NCBI GenBank assembly: GCA_050506795.1
Contig: JBJHCF010000065.1
Coordinates: 1-18,036, forward strand
DNA: 18,036 nucleotides
Direction of reading: 5' to 3'
From: Opitutia bacterium
GTDB lineage: Bacteria; Verrucomicrobiota; Verrucomicrobiia; Opitutales; T3Sed10-336
The notes beneath the pieces are model-generated. The model did no database searches. It saw only the letters and a list, made by a program, of their open reading frames with translations, and was not told where the DNA came from. Position numbers and translations under genes: made by a program. Below, piece by piece: positions 6,305-15,668 of the stretch. The stretch's first letter is position 1, and each line of letters begins with the position of its first letter.

Positions 6305-6460
6305 GCGGAGAGGGAGGGATTGACTCGCGTTGCTCGGGGCTTCGCCCCAAACCTTCGGTTTGCCGTTCCGCTTCGCTCCACAAACCCTCTCCTCGGGTTC
6401 GACTCCCTCACTCTCCTTGTCGCCGCTTGCGGCGCCACCTTTTTTGCAGAGCAAAAAAAG
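6303..6460 (-). repeat. tRNA-linked repeat unit ending in a duplicated tRNA-Ser 3' end
   Basis: GGCGGAGAGGGAGGGATT at 6304-6321 and 6461-6478 (18-bp direct repeat, 157 bp apart); inverted degenerate T-arm/acceptor copy GGGTTCGACTCCCTCACTCTCC at 6395-6416. Confidence 0.85.
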
Positions 6461-6462
6461 GG

Positions 6463-6549
6463 CGGAGAGGGAGGGATTCGAACCCTCGGTACCGTTTCCA
6501 GTACACAGCATTTCCAATGCTGCACAATCGGCCACTCTGTCACCTCTCC
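6463..6549 (-). tRNA. tRNA-Ser (anticodon GGA)
   Basis: GGAGAGGTGACAGAGTGGCCGATTGTGCAGCATTGGAAATGCTGTGTACTGGAAACGGTACCGAGGGTTCGAATCCCTCCCTCTCCG: acceptor GGAGAGG/CCTCTCC, anticodon arm CAGCA-TTGGAAA-TGCTG, long variable arm, GTTCGAATC T-loop, discriminator G; followed by CCC, so CCA is not encoded. Confidence 0.97.
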
Positions 6550-6712
6550 GGTGGTGAAAGGGGAGAGTCTCCGCAACGGGGGGGCGGTGGTCAACGAGAA
6601 AATGGAGGCGAACGGAGCACTGGAGTTCCGGGATTTGTCAAAAACCTCCTTGCATGAACTTGGCCTCCGGCTAGTTTGGGCTCTTGGGCCAAATCCAATC
6701 TTTCAGCATATC

Positions 6713-7252
6713 ATGTCGGTCGAAAAACAAGAGCTAGCCTACGACACAAAAATCGAGGGCGACATTGTGGTCACTAAAGTGGACGCGGCGATCAATTGGA
6801 TCCGCTCGCATTCCATGTGGCCGATGCCGATGGGGCTCGCCTGTTGCGCCATCGAGCTGATGGCGGCGGCCAGCTCGCGCTTCGATATTTCCCGTTTCGG
6901 GGCGGAGGTGATGCGCTTCTCGCCGCGCCAGGCCGACGTTATGATCGTCGCCGGCACGGTCACCTACAAGATGGCCCCGGCGGTGCGGCGGATTTACGAT
7001 CAGATGGCCAAACCGCGCTGGGTGATCGCCATGGGCGCCTGCGCCTCGACCGGCGGGATGTACCGTTCCTACGCGGTGCTGCAAGGCGTGGACCGGATTG
7101 TCCCGGTGGATGTGTACGTCAGCGGCTGCCCGCCGCGGCCGGAGGCGTTGCTCGACGGGTTGATGAAACTTCAGAAAAAGGTGGGCCGGGAACGGTCCCT
7201 CAAACACCTCTGGAAGGAGGAGTCGCCCCGCATCGCGACCGCCAACGTTTGA
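6713..7252 (+). CDS. nuoB: NADH-quinone oxidoreductase subunit B
   Basis: [55 protein letters not shown]; likely start is ATG 6713, since the ORF-track extension overlaps the tRNA. Confidence 0.97.
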   Translation: MSVEKQELAYDTKIEGDIVVTKVDAAINWIRSHSMWPMPMGLACCAIELMAAASSRFDISRFGAEVMRFSPRQADVMIVAGTVTYKMAPAVRRIYDQMAKPRWVIAMGACASTGGMYRSYAVLQGVDRIVPVDVYVSGCPPRPEALLDGLMKLQKKVGRERSLKHLWKEESPRIATANV

Positions 7253-7266
7253 GCGGGGAATTTGCC

Positions 7267-7881
7267 ATGAGCGAGGACATTGTCGCCGAACTGCGGGAGC
7301 TTTTTCCCGCGATCAAACGTCGCGAATCCCTGGACTGGCCGGCCCTGAACTGCCCGGCCGATCGCTGGCTCGAAGTGGCCGGGCTGCTGCGGGATGAATT
7401 CGAGTTTGATTTTCTCACGGATGTGACCGCCGTCGACTGGAACGAGGAGAGTCCGCGGTTCACCGCGGTGTACCACCTGTTGTCGTCGCAAAAACCCGGC
7501 TACCTGCGGGTGGCGGTGGATTGTCCGGACGATGCCGAGCCCGAGGTGCCGAGCGTGGCGGGGCTGTGGTCGACCGCCGACTGGCACGAGCGCGAGACCT
7601 ACGACATGTTCGGGATCCGCTTCACCGGGCACCCCGACCTGCGCCGTATTCTCATGTGGGAGGACTACCCGCACTTCCCGCTCCGCAAGGAGTTTCCCCT
7701 CGCCGGGATTGAAACCGAGCTGCCGGACAGCGAGGTGGCCGAGGAAACCGGCGCCAAAGTGATCAGTGCCCCCATGATGGGCGGACCCTTTGTCGCCCCG
7801 CAGGAGGACGCGATGAGCGAGAGCGAACCGAGGGCCAAGGACCAGTCCTGGACCGAAAAAAATCCGAAACCGAAGAGTTAG
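7267..7881 (+). CDS. nuoC: NADH-quinone oxidoreductase subunit C
   Basis: FDFLTDVTAVDW, ADWHERETYDMFGIRFTGHPDLRRILMWEDYPHFPLRKEFPL; start ATG 7267. Confidence 0.96.
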   Translation: MSEDIVAELRELFPAIKRRESLDWPALNCPADRWLEVAGLLRDEFEFDFLTDVTAVDWNEESPRFTAVYHLLSSQKPGYLRVAVDCPDDAEPEVPSVAGLWSTADWHERETYDMFGIRFTGHPDLRRILMWEDYPHFPLRKEFPLAGIETELPDSEVAEETGAKVISAPMMGGPFVAPQEDAMSESEPRAKDQSWTEKNPKPKS

Positions 7882-7884
7882 AAC

Positions 7885-9126
7885 ATGGCGAAAGAAGCCA
7901 CGGAAGTTTCCTATGGTGATGTCCTCAGCCGCGTGGCGCGGGGAGGGGAGGAACTGCAGAGCGACAAGATGACCCTCAGCATGGGGCCGTCCCACCCCAG
8001 CACCCACGGGGTGCTGCGCCTGGTGCTCGAACTGGATGGCGAGGTGGTCACCCGCTGCGAACCAGTCGTGGGGTACCTGCACCGCGGCGACGAAAAGATC
8101 GCCGAGAACATGACCTACAACCAGTTCGTGCCCTACACGGACCGGCTGGACTACCTGGCTCCGCTGGCCAACAACGTCGCCTACGCCATCGCCGTGGAAA
8201 GGCTGGCCAAGCTGGAGGTGCCGCCGCGCTGTCAGGCCATCCGCGTGCTGGTCTCCGAAATGTCCCGCGTTTCCGCCCACCTCATGGGGCTCGGCGCCTA
8301 CGCGCTGGATATCGGGGCCATGACCTTGTTCCTCTACACCTTCACCGAGCGGGAAAAGCTCTACACGCTTTTCGAGGAATTGACCGGCGCACGTTTCACC
8401 ACCAGCTACACCCGCATCGGCGGGGTGGCGCGCGACATGCCGGAGGGCTGGCTAGGCAGGGTGGAGAAGTTCTGCGACCAATTTCTGCCCATTCTGGACG
8501 AGTGTGACGCCCTGCTGACCCGCAACCGGATCTTTATCGACCGGACCGAGGGGGTCGCGGTGATTTCGAAGGAGGACGCCATCGCCTACGGACTGACCGG
8601 CCCCAACCTGCGCGGCAGTGGGGTGGCCATGGATTTGCGCAAGGATCTTCCCTACAGCGGCTACGACCAATACGAGTTCGATGTGCCTATCGGCTCCCGG
8701 GGAGACTGTTACGACCGTTACCTGGTGCGTCTGGAGGAAATGCGCCAGAGCATCCGAATTGTCCGCCAGGTGATCAAGTCCATGCCCGACGGTCCCTGGT
8801 ACGCGGAGGACGCCAAAAAGATTTTCGCACCGCCCAAGGACAAGATCATGACCAGCATGGAAGAGCTGATCCAGAATTTCATGATTGTCACCCAGGGCCC
8901 GCAGATGCCGGCCGGCGAGGTCTATTTCGAGGCCGAGAATCCCAAGGGTGCGCTCGGGTTTTACATCGTTTCGAAAGGCGGGGGCGTGCCCTACCGCATG
9001 AAGATCCGTTCGCCGTCATTCTGCAACCTGAGCATCCTGCCGAAGGTCGCGCCCGGGTGCATGCTCGCCGATGTGGTTTCGCTGCTGGGAAGCCTCGATT
9101 TTGTGATGGGAGAATGCGATCGCTGA
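7885..9126 (+). CDS. nuoD: NADH-quinone oxidoreductase subunit D
   Basis: MGPSHPSTHGVLRL, GYLHRGDEK, DRLDY, ENPKG, RSPSF, GSLDFVMGECDR. Confidence 0.98.
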   Translation: MAKEATEVSYGDVLSRVARGGEELQSDKMTLSMGPSHPSTHGVLRLVLELDGEVVTRCEPVVGYLHRGDEKIAENMTYNQFVPYTDRLDYLAPLANNVAYAIAVERLAKLEVPPRCQAIRVLVSEMSRVSAHLMGLGAYALDIGAMTLFLYTFTEREKLYTLFEELTGARFTTSYTRIGGVARDMPEGWLGRVEKFCDQFLPILDECDALLTRNRIFIDRTEGVAVISKEDAIAYGLTGPNLRGSGVAMDLRKDLPYSGYDQYEFDVPIGSRGDCYDRYLVRLEEMRQSIRIVRQVIKSMPDGPWYAEDAKKIFAPPKDKIMTSMEELIQNFMIVTQGPQMPAGEVYFEAENPKGALGFYIVSKGGGVPYRMKIRSPSFCNLSILPKVAPGCMLADVVSLLGSLDFVMGECDR

Positions 9127-9130
9127 CAGG

Positions 9131-9643
9131 ATGAACCCGACCATGAATCTGAAAGAGGAAACGCTCCGCAAAATCGACCAGGTGATCCCGCGTTACCCGC
9201 AAAAGCGCAGCGCCGCGCTCCCGCTCCTGCATTTGGTGCAGGAGGATCAGGGGTATATTTCGCGGGAGGCGGCGGAGTGGATCGCGGCCAAACTCGATTT
9301 GCAGCCGATCAATATCTGGGAGCTGGTGACTTTTTATCCGATGCTCCGCGACAAACCCGTGGGCAAAAAAGTGGTGCGCGTCTGCCGCACCCTGTCCTGC
9401 GCCCTCCAGGGGTCCTACAAAACCTGCCGCACCTTCCAGGAGGCGCTCGAATGCGAGCTCGACGGCAACTCCGCCGACGGCGGGGTCACGGTGGAATTCG
9501 CCGAATGCCTGGCGTCCTGCCACACCGCTCCGGTGGTGATGGTGGACGACACGCTTTACGAAAACGTCGACGAAAACCGCGCGAAACAAATCGCGGATGA
9601 GATCCGCTCGGCTCCCGGCGCGAACGGAGGCGCGGGCCAATAA
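9131..9643 (+). CDS. nuoE: NADH-quinone oxidoreductase subunit E
   Basis: YPQKRSAALPLLHLVQ, VTFYPM, VCRTLSC...ECLASCHTAPV (N1a ligands); alternative start 9143. Confidence 0.96.
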   Translation: MNPTMNLKEETLRKIDQVIPRYPQKRSAALPLLHLVQEDQGYISREAAEWIAAKLDLQPINIWELVTFYPMLRDKPVGKKVVRVCRTLSCALQGSYKTCRTFQEALECELDGNSADGGVTVEFAECLASCHTAPVVMVDDTLYENVDENRAKQIADEIRSAPGANGGAGQ

Positions 9644-9663
9644 CCTTTTCGGACCAATAACCC

Positions 9664-11025
9664 ATGGCGGCCAAAGAACGACGTATCATTCTCAAACACA
9701 TCGATCAGCCGGGGTACGGCAATGATATCGACTCCTACCTGCGGCACGGTGGGTACGAGATGTTGAAAAAGGCGCTCGGACGCAAACCGGAGGCGTTGCG
9801 CGACGAGGTGAAAGTGGCCGGCGTGCGCGGCCGCGGCGGCGCCGGGTTTCCCGCCGGCATGAAGTGGAGCTTCCTCGATTTCAAATCCGGTAAACCGATC
9901 TACCTGGTCTGCAATGCGGACGAATCCGAACCGGGCACGTTCAAGGATCGGCAGATCATTCACAAGGACCCCCACCAGTTGATCGAGGGGATGTTGATCA
10001 GCGCCTACGCCATTACCGCCAAGGTCGCGTTCATTTACATCCGGGGCGAGTTCCCCGAAGGCGCCCGCATCCTGGAGCGCGCCATCGAGGAGGCCCGGAC
10101 CAAGAACTTTTTGGGCGACAATATCCTCGGCACCGACTTTTCCTGCGAAATCCACGTGCACCGCGGCGCCGGCGCCTACATCTGCGGCGAGGAAACCGGT
10201 CTCATCGAATCGATCGAGGGCAAGCGTCCCTACCCGCGCATCAAACCCCCGTACTTTCCGGCGGCGCTCGGGCTTTACATGTGCCCGACCATCGTCAACA
10301 ACGTGGAAACCCTTTGCAACGTGAAGCACATCGTTGAGATGGGCGGCGAGGAATACGCCAAAATCGGCCGGCCGGGAAACACCGGCACGCGGATCTGGTG
10401 TGTCAGCGGTCACGTTCAGAAACCGGGGTATTACGAATTTGAAGGCGGCGCCCTGACCTTGGGAGATTTGATTTACGACATCTGTGGCGGGCTGCGTCCC
10501 GGGCGCCAACTCAAGGCGGTCATTCCCGGCGGCTCCTCCATGAAGATCCTGCGCGCCGACGAGCGCTTCAAGGGCAAGGACCGCGACGGCAACGCGTTTG
10601 ATCTGGGGCTGGAGGATCTGATCCTCGACTTCGACGGCATTGCGCAGTCCGGGTCCCTGTCGGGATCCGGCGGGATCATTGTCATGGACGACACCACCGA
10701 CATGGTCGAGGCTCTGGCCAACGTGAGCAGTTTCTACGCCCACGAAAGTTGCGGTCAATGCACTCCCTGCCGGGAAGGGTCTTTGTGGATGAAGAAGATC
10801 CTCGAACGCATGAGCCGCGGTCAGGCCCGGTTGGAGGATGTCGACTTGCTGAAGTCGGTTGCCGACCAGATCCCCGGCCGCACCATTTGCGCCTTCGGCG
10901 AAGCCGCCGCCTGGCCGGTGCAGAGTTATGTCGCCAAATTCCGCGATGAGTTCATCGCCAAAGCCGAAAAACAGGCGGCCGGAAAGGTCGCCGCCCAGGA
11001 CGCGGAGAAAGTCGCGCTGGTTTGA
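9664..11025 (+). CDS. nuoF: NADH-quinone oxidoreductase subunit F
   Basis: RGRGGAGFPAGMKW, NADESEPGTFKDR, GAGAYICGEETGLIESIEG, HESCGQCTPCREG, TICAFG. Confidence 0.98.
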   Translation: MAAKERRIILKHIDQPGYGNDIDSYLRHGGYEMLKKALGRKPEALRDEVKVAGVRGRGGAGFPAGMKWSFLDFKSGKPIYLVCNADESEPGTFKDRQIIHKDPHQLIEGMLISAYAITAKVAFIYIRGEFPEGARILERAIEEARTKNFLGDNILGTDFSCEIHVHRGAGAYICGEETGLIESIEGKRPYPRIKPPYFPAALGLYMCPTIVNNVETLCNVKHIVEMGGEEYAKIGRPGNTGTRIWCVSGHVQKPGYYEFEGGALTLGDLIYDICGGLRPGRQLKAVIPGGSSMKILRADERFKGKDRDGNAFDLGLEDLILDFDGIAQSGSLSGSGGIIVMDDTTDMVEALANVSSFYAHESCGQCTPCREGSLWMKKILERMSRGQARLEDVDLLKSVADQIPGRTICAFGEAAAWPVQSYVAKFRDEFIAKAEKQAAGKVAAQDAEKVALV

Positions 11026-11067
11026 ACCGCGGCACGCCAAGGAGGATTTTCAGATTACGGCCACATC

Positions 11068-12774
11068 ATGAGTGACGAGACAGAACAGAAACTGATCCCC
11101 GTATACGTGGACGACCGGGAGGTGCATGTGCCGCCCGGGACCAACATGATCGAGGCCGCGGCGAAGATCGGGATCGAGGTACCGCACTATTGCTACCATC
11201 CCAAGCTGAGCGTGGTCGGCAACTGCCGCATGTGCATGGTCGAATTGGGCATGCCCGAAAAGGATCGCGCCACCGGAAATCCGGTGCTGGACGACGAGGG
11301 CAATCAGAAGGTCATGTGGCTGCCCAAACCCGCCATCGCCTGCGCCACCAAGGCCATGCCGGGCCTGCGTATCCGCACCGATTCCGAGCTGGCCCGCTCC
11401 TGCCAGGAGGGCGTGATGGAGTTTCTGCTGGTCAACCACCCGCTCGACTGCCCCATCTGCGACCAGGCCGGGGAGTGCCGTCTGCAGGAATTCGCCACCG
11501 ACTACGGACGCGGCTACAGCCGTTTTGTTGAAGAGAAAAACGTCAAACCCAAACGCACCGTCCTCGGCCCCCGGGTCACGCTCGACGACGAGCGCTGCAT
11601 CCTCTGTTCGCGCTGCATTCGTTTTTGCCAGGAGGTCGCCGATGACGATGTGCTCGGCTTTGTCGACCGCGGCAGCTACACCACGCTGACCTGTTATCCG
11701 GGCAAGCGGCTGGAGAACAATTATTCGCTCAACACGGTCGATATCTGTCCCGTGGGCGCGCTTACCAGCACCGATTTTCGTTTCAAGATGCGGGTCTGGT
11801 TTCTCAAGGAAACCCACAGCATCTGCACCGAGAGCAGCGTTGGCGCGAACACTGTGGTCGGGACCCGCGAGGGAAAAATTTACCGCATCACCCCGCGCCG
11901 CAACGACGCGGTCAACGACACCTGGATGGCTGACAGCGGGCGCGAACTCTACAAACAGGTCGAAGCCGAAAACCGCCTGCACCAACCGATCCTCGACGGC
12001 GCGGAAACCGCCGATACCTCCGCCGCCCTCCAGGCCGCGGCCGGCTTCCTCCAGGAGGACCGGAGAATCGCGGTGGTCGGATCGGGCCGCTCTTCGGTGG
12101 AAGAGCAGTTTCTCCTGCGGAAACTGGCCGCCCAAATCGGCGCCCGGCGCACCGACCTGGTGGCGCGGATCGAAGAGGGCGACGGATTGCTCATCTCGGC
12201 CGACCGGAACCCCAATGTGCGCGGCGCCCTGGTCACGGGACTGATCGATGAATTGCCGTCGACCGAACTCAACGTCCTCGCCGAGGCCATCGACCGGGGT
12301 GAAATCGACACCGTGCTGGCCTGTAACGAAGACCTGACCGCGGCCGGCATCGACGAGGAGCGGTTGGCCAAGGTCACCGTGGTGTATCTCGGCACCCACG
12401 CCAACCCGACCAGCGGGCACGCACGGGTGGTGCTGCCGACCCTGACCGTGTTCGAGAAGAACGGGTCGTTCATAAACCAGCAGTTCCGTCTGCAGAAGTT
12501 CCTTCAGGCTGTTCCTGGACCGGCCGGCGCTCCCGGCGACCTCCGCACCCTCGCGGGGCTGATCGAGGCTGCCGGCGGCGAGGCGGCCTCCGGGATCGAC
12601 GAGGTGTGGACGGAATTGAGCGAAACTATCGAGGCCTTGCAGGGGCTCCGGTTCATGAAAATTCCCGCCGAAGGGATCGTGCTGAACGTGCCTGAAAGCC
12701 TTCGCGCGTTGCCGTATCCCGAAGGCGAAACGCTGCATTATCCGGCGGCCAAAGAGGAGGCCGTGACCGCCTGA
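11068..12774 (+). CDS. nuoG: NADH-quinone oxidoreductase subunit G (short form, 568 aa)
   Basis: PHYCYHPKLSVVGNCRMC, NHPLDCPICDQAGECRLQ, RCILCSRCIRFC, DICPVGALT. Confidence 0.95.
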   Translation: MSDETEQKLIPVYVDDREVHVPPGTNMIEAAAKIGIEVPHYCYHPKLSVVGNCRMCMVELGMPEKDRATGNPVLDDEGNQKVMWLPKPAIACATKAMPGLRIRTDSELARSCQEGVMEFLLVNHPLDCPICDQAGECRLQEFATDYGRGYSRFVEEKNVKPKRTVLGPRVTLDDERCILCSRCIRFCQEVADDDVLGFVDRGSYTTLTCYPGKRLENNYSLNTVDICPVGALTSTDFRFKMRVWFLKETHSICTESSVGANTVVGTREGKIYRITPRRNDAVNDTWMADSGRELYKQVEAENRLHQPILDGAETADTSAALQAAAGFLQEDRRIAVVGSGRSSVEEQFLLRKLAAQIGARRTDLVARIEEGDGLLISADRNPNVRGALVTGLIDELPSTELNVLAEAIDRGEIDTVLACNEDLTAAGIDEERLAKVTVVYLGTHANPTSGHARVVLPTLTVFEKNGSFINQQFRLQKFLQAVPGPAGAPGDLRTLAGLIEAAGGEAASGIDEVWTELSETIEALQGLRFMKIPAEGIVLNVPESLRALPYPEGETLHYPAAKEEAVTA

Positions 12775-12811
12775 CCCGTTCCGCGGAAACCGATTTTTAT
12801 CTTTTGATTCC

Positions 12812-13915
12812 ATGGAATTCACCCAATTTCTACTGATCGTCGCCCAGGGGCTGGCCGTTATCGTCGTCCTGATGAGCCTCTGCGCCTACGCCGTGCTGGC
12901 GGAGCGCAAGGTGGCCGCCTGGATCCAGGGTCGGGTCGGACCCAACCGCACCACCCTGCCCATTATCGGGTCCATTCCCCTGATCGGACCCTTCCTCACC
13001 CGGTTGGGGCTTTTCCAGCCGGCGGCCGACGGCCTGAAGTTTCTGTTCAAGGAGGACGTCACCCCCGGCCATGTGAATCGCGCGATTTACATCCTGGCCC
13101 CGGCGCTCGCGCTGGTGCCGGCGTTGGTCACGGTTACCGTGGTGCCGTTCGGCCAGTACATTGGCGCCGACGGCGCGGTTTCCCCATTGGTGCTGGCCGA
13201 TATCGATATCGGCATTCTTTTCATCCTGGCGGTGTCTTCGCTTGGGGTTTACGGCGTCATTCTCGCCGGATGGGCGGCCAACAGCAAATACCCGTTCCTG
13301 GGTGGGATTCGCTCGTCCTCGCAGATGATCTCCTACGAACTCGCCATGGGGCTTTCCATCCTGCCGGTTTTCATGTGGGTGAACGCGCCCGGCAGCGAGG
13401 CGGGGCTTGGTCTCACCGCCGTGGTGCAGAGCCAGGAGGGCCTATGGTTCGCTCTGTGGCAGCCGCTGTCCGCCTTCATTTTCCTGGTAGCGCTCTTCGC
13501 CGAAACCAACCGCCTGCCCTTCGATATGCCGGAAGCCGAAACGGAACTCGTCGGCGGGTTTCACACCGAATACAGCAGTTTCAAATTCGGACTGTTTTTT
13601 GTCGCGGAATACGCCCACATCATCATCGGCTCGGCCGTCTTTGTGGTGCTGTTCCTGGGCGGCTGGCATTGGCTGCCGGGGGTGCCGTTGCAAATGGAGG
13701 GGCTCCTCGGGGCGTTGGTGTCCATCGGCATTTTCCTGGGCAAGGTGTTCGCCATGATTTTTCTCTTCATCTGGGTGCGGTGGACCCTGCCGCGGTTCCG
13801 CTACGACCAGGTGATGAAGCTCGGGTGGAAGGTGCTGCTGCCGCTCGCCATCGCCAATCTGATATTTTACGCGCTGGTGATTGCCGCCATCGATACATTC
13901 AAGCAAGGTGTCTGA
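12812..13915 (+). CDS. nuoH: NADH-quinone oxidoreductase subunit H
   Basis: ERKVAAWIQGRVGPNR, QPAADGLKFLFKED, QMISYE, AETNRLPFDMPEAETELVGGFHTEYS, WVRWTLPRFRYDQVMKLGWK. Confidence 0.98.
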   Translation: MEFTQFLLIVAQGLAVIVVLMSLCAYAVLAERKVAAWIQGRVGPNRTTLPIIGSIPLIGPFLTRLGLFQPAADGLKFLFKEDVTPGHVNRAIYILAPALALVPALVTVTVVPFGQYIGADGAVSPLVLADIDIGILFILAVSSLGVYGVILAGWAANSKYPFLGGIRSSSQMISYELAMGLSILPVFMWVNAPGSEAGLGLTAVVQSQEGLWFALWQPLSAFIFLVALFAETNRLPFDMPEAETELVGGFHTEYSSFKFGLFFVAEYAHIIIGSAVFVVLFLGGWHWLPGVPLQMEGLLGALVSIGIFLGKVFAMIFLFIWVRWTLPRFRYDQVMKLGWKVLLPLAIANLIFYALVIAAIDTFKQGV

Positions 13916-13919
13916 CCCT

Positions 13920-14456
13920 ATGGCCATCGTCGTACAAAGAAAGCCGCTCTCCTGGTTGGAAAAGACCTACCTGCCGCAGATTCTCGGCGGCATGAAGATC
14001 ACCTTCAAAAACCTTTTTCGACCCAAGGTAACGCTCCAATACCCGGAGGAACGCCCGGTGATCCCGGAAAACTACCGCGGCGTGCCCACCCTGGTGAAGG
14101 ATCCCAACGGCCGAGAAAAATGCGTCTCCTGCCAACTCTGTGAATTTGTCTGCCCGCCGAAGGCCATCCGCATCGAGCCGGGCGAAATCCCGGAGGACGC
14201 CGAGACCGCCCACGTGGAAAAAGCGCCCCGGGAATTCGAAATCGACATGCTGCGCTGCATTTACTGCGGCCTCTGCCAGGAAGTCTGTCCGGAGGAGGCT
14301 ATCTTCCTGCAGGACACGTTCTCCGTTACCGGCTACACCCGCGAGGAGTTCAAGTTCCGCAAACAGAAACTCTACGAACTCGGCGGCACCCTTCCCGACA
14401 AACACTACAAGTGGGATAAGAAAAAAGAAGCCGCCGCCCGCGGCAACGCCCACTAA
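13920..14456 (+). CDS. nuoI: NADH-quinone oxidoreductase subunit I
   Basis: TLQYPEER, CVSCQLCEFVCP and CIYCGLCQEVCP (two 4Fe-4S motifs); start ATG 13920. Confidence 0.97.
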   Translation: MAIVVQRKPLSWLEKTYLPQILGGMKITFKNLFRPKVTLQYPEERPVIPENYRGVPTLVKDPNGREKCVSCQLCEFVCPPKAIRIEPGEIPEDAETAHVEKAPREFEIDMLRCIYCGLCQEVCPEEAIFLQDTFSVTGYTREEFKFRKQKLYELGGTLPDKHYKWDKKKEAAARGNAH

Positions 14457-14535
14457 ATAAAGCCGCGCGAGCACCCCGCCGCGCTTTTCCACCCAAGCGG
14501 GAAGTCAGCCGACACGGATGCTCGGTCGAACGACC

Positions 14536-15540
14536 TCACTCCAACATCTCCGCGATGGTCGCCTCCAGGTCGATGCGGTGGGGGTTGCCGGCCAGGTGGA
14601 TTGTACCGTCCGGGTTGACGAGGTAGAAACTCGGCACCGCTTCCAGGTTGAACTGGCGGGCCGGTTCTGCGTCCCATGCCCCGGGGCCCACCCACATGTT
14701 GCGGGTGTGGCGCCACCCGTTCGTTTCCAGGTGGGCGGCCGCGGTCGCCATCTCGGCGTCGATGCTCAAGGTGAGGACCACGACGCGGTCTTCCCATTCC
14801 GCGACCAGGCTCGGTGGCCCCTGGCCGGTATCCCATCGGGTGAGCCCGTCGAATCGAAAATGCCCGTCAGCGTCGGACACGGTGGTGACGTTCGAATAAC
14901 CCAGGGTCACCCGCGCCGCGGACAGGGGCGTCCGATCGCTTTTCCTTAGAACGATTCCTTCGATCACGATCGGCGGATCTATTAAGATTGGCCGTTCCGG
15001 GCTCGAGTCCACCCCACCGACTTCGACCCGTGCCCACCCCTCGCCATATTGCGGGTGGCGCAATTGGAAGTCGGCAAAACCGTAGGCGGGAATACCGGGG
15101 AACAGAAAGTTGCCTTCAGCGTTGGTAATCACTTCCGGGGCTTGGTCCCGCAAGACGGCCGACAACGTGATGCCGCCCGCATGAGCGCTGGTGGCGGCCT
15201 GAAACCTCACCGAAGCTCCGGACACAATTTCTCCCTCCGGGCCGACCACTTGCCCGTAAACGTGTACCGTGGGTGGCATCACCAGGGTCACATCGGTGGC
15301 GTTGACCTGTGGAATCAGTTTCCAGGCCAGGTTGCCTTCGGGAGACTGACCGAACAGGAAAAGGGATTGGCCCCGGATAGGGGAGGGCATGGGCATCTCA
15401 AACCGGAACAGACCGCTCTCATCGCTGACCGTTTGCGAAACGCTTCCTTCCGGTTCGCCGCGGCGATTGCGCAAATAAAGACGCGTGCCCGGCACGGGAT
15501 TTCCAGTGCCAGGGATACGGCTTGATACCTGGAGGGCCAT
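14536..15540 (-). CDS. Carboxypeptidase-regulatory-like repeat protein with a partial TlpA/redoxin C-terminus, possibly a gene remnant
   Basis: Repeated G.V...G....GA.V...(T/S)(D/N)..G.F.F units; C-terminal VVVLTLSID...ARQFNLEAVPSFYLVNPDGTI resembles the second half of a thioredoxin-like fold, with no CxxC. Start uncertain (ATG 15540 or ORF-track 15603). Confidence 0.6.
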   Translation of the reverse strand: MALQVSSRIPGTGNPVPGTRLYLRNRRGEPEGSVSQTVSDESGLFRFEMPMPSPIRGQSLFLFGQSPEGNLAWKLIPQVNATDVTLVMPPTVHVYGQVVGPEGEIVSGASVRFQAATSAHAGGITLSAVLRDQAPEVITNAEGNFLFPGIPAYGFADFQLRHPQYGEGWARVEVGGVDSSPERPILIDPPIVIEGIVLRKSDRTPLSAARVTLGYSNVTTVSDADGHFRFDGLTRWDTGQGPPSLVAEWEDRVVVLTLSIDAEMATAAAHLETNGWRHTRNMWVGPGAWDAEPARQFNLEAVPSFYLVNPDGTIHLAGNPHRIDLEATIAEMLE

Positions 15541-15668
15541 GCTCCCGCATGGCCGCGGCGGCGGCCGTAAACGGTGGGGATGTGCGATTCCTCTCGCTGG
15601 CAAAGGTTTTTACTTGCGCGACATACCATCCGGTATGTAAGGATGGTCGTCTTGAGGAGATACTGCTT

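Noticed and set aside
6303..6420. Second tRNA gene
   Set aside because: Only an 18-nt 3' tail and an inverted T-arm-like piece are present; no full cloverleaf.
4930..6460. CRISPR array
   Set aside because: The repeats are heterogeneous, mostly inverted and irregularly spaced; no cas genes.
6566..6677. Candidate divergent promoters (TTGCAT-16-TAGTTT for nuoB; TTGACC-17-GAGACT for the tRNA)
   Set aside because: Plausible, but the matches to consensus are too weak to list as features.
6302..6712. 137-aa N-terminal extension of NuoB in the ORF track
   Set aside because: It runs antisense through tRNA-Ser and its repeats; NuoB similarity starts near ATG 6713.
7171..14492. Long antisense and alternate-frame ORFs across the nuo operon (e.g. 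9556-11040, 11050-12822)
   Set aside because: Expected by-products of high-GC codon bias opposite conserved genes; no recognisable motifs.
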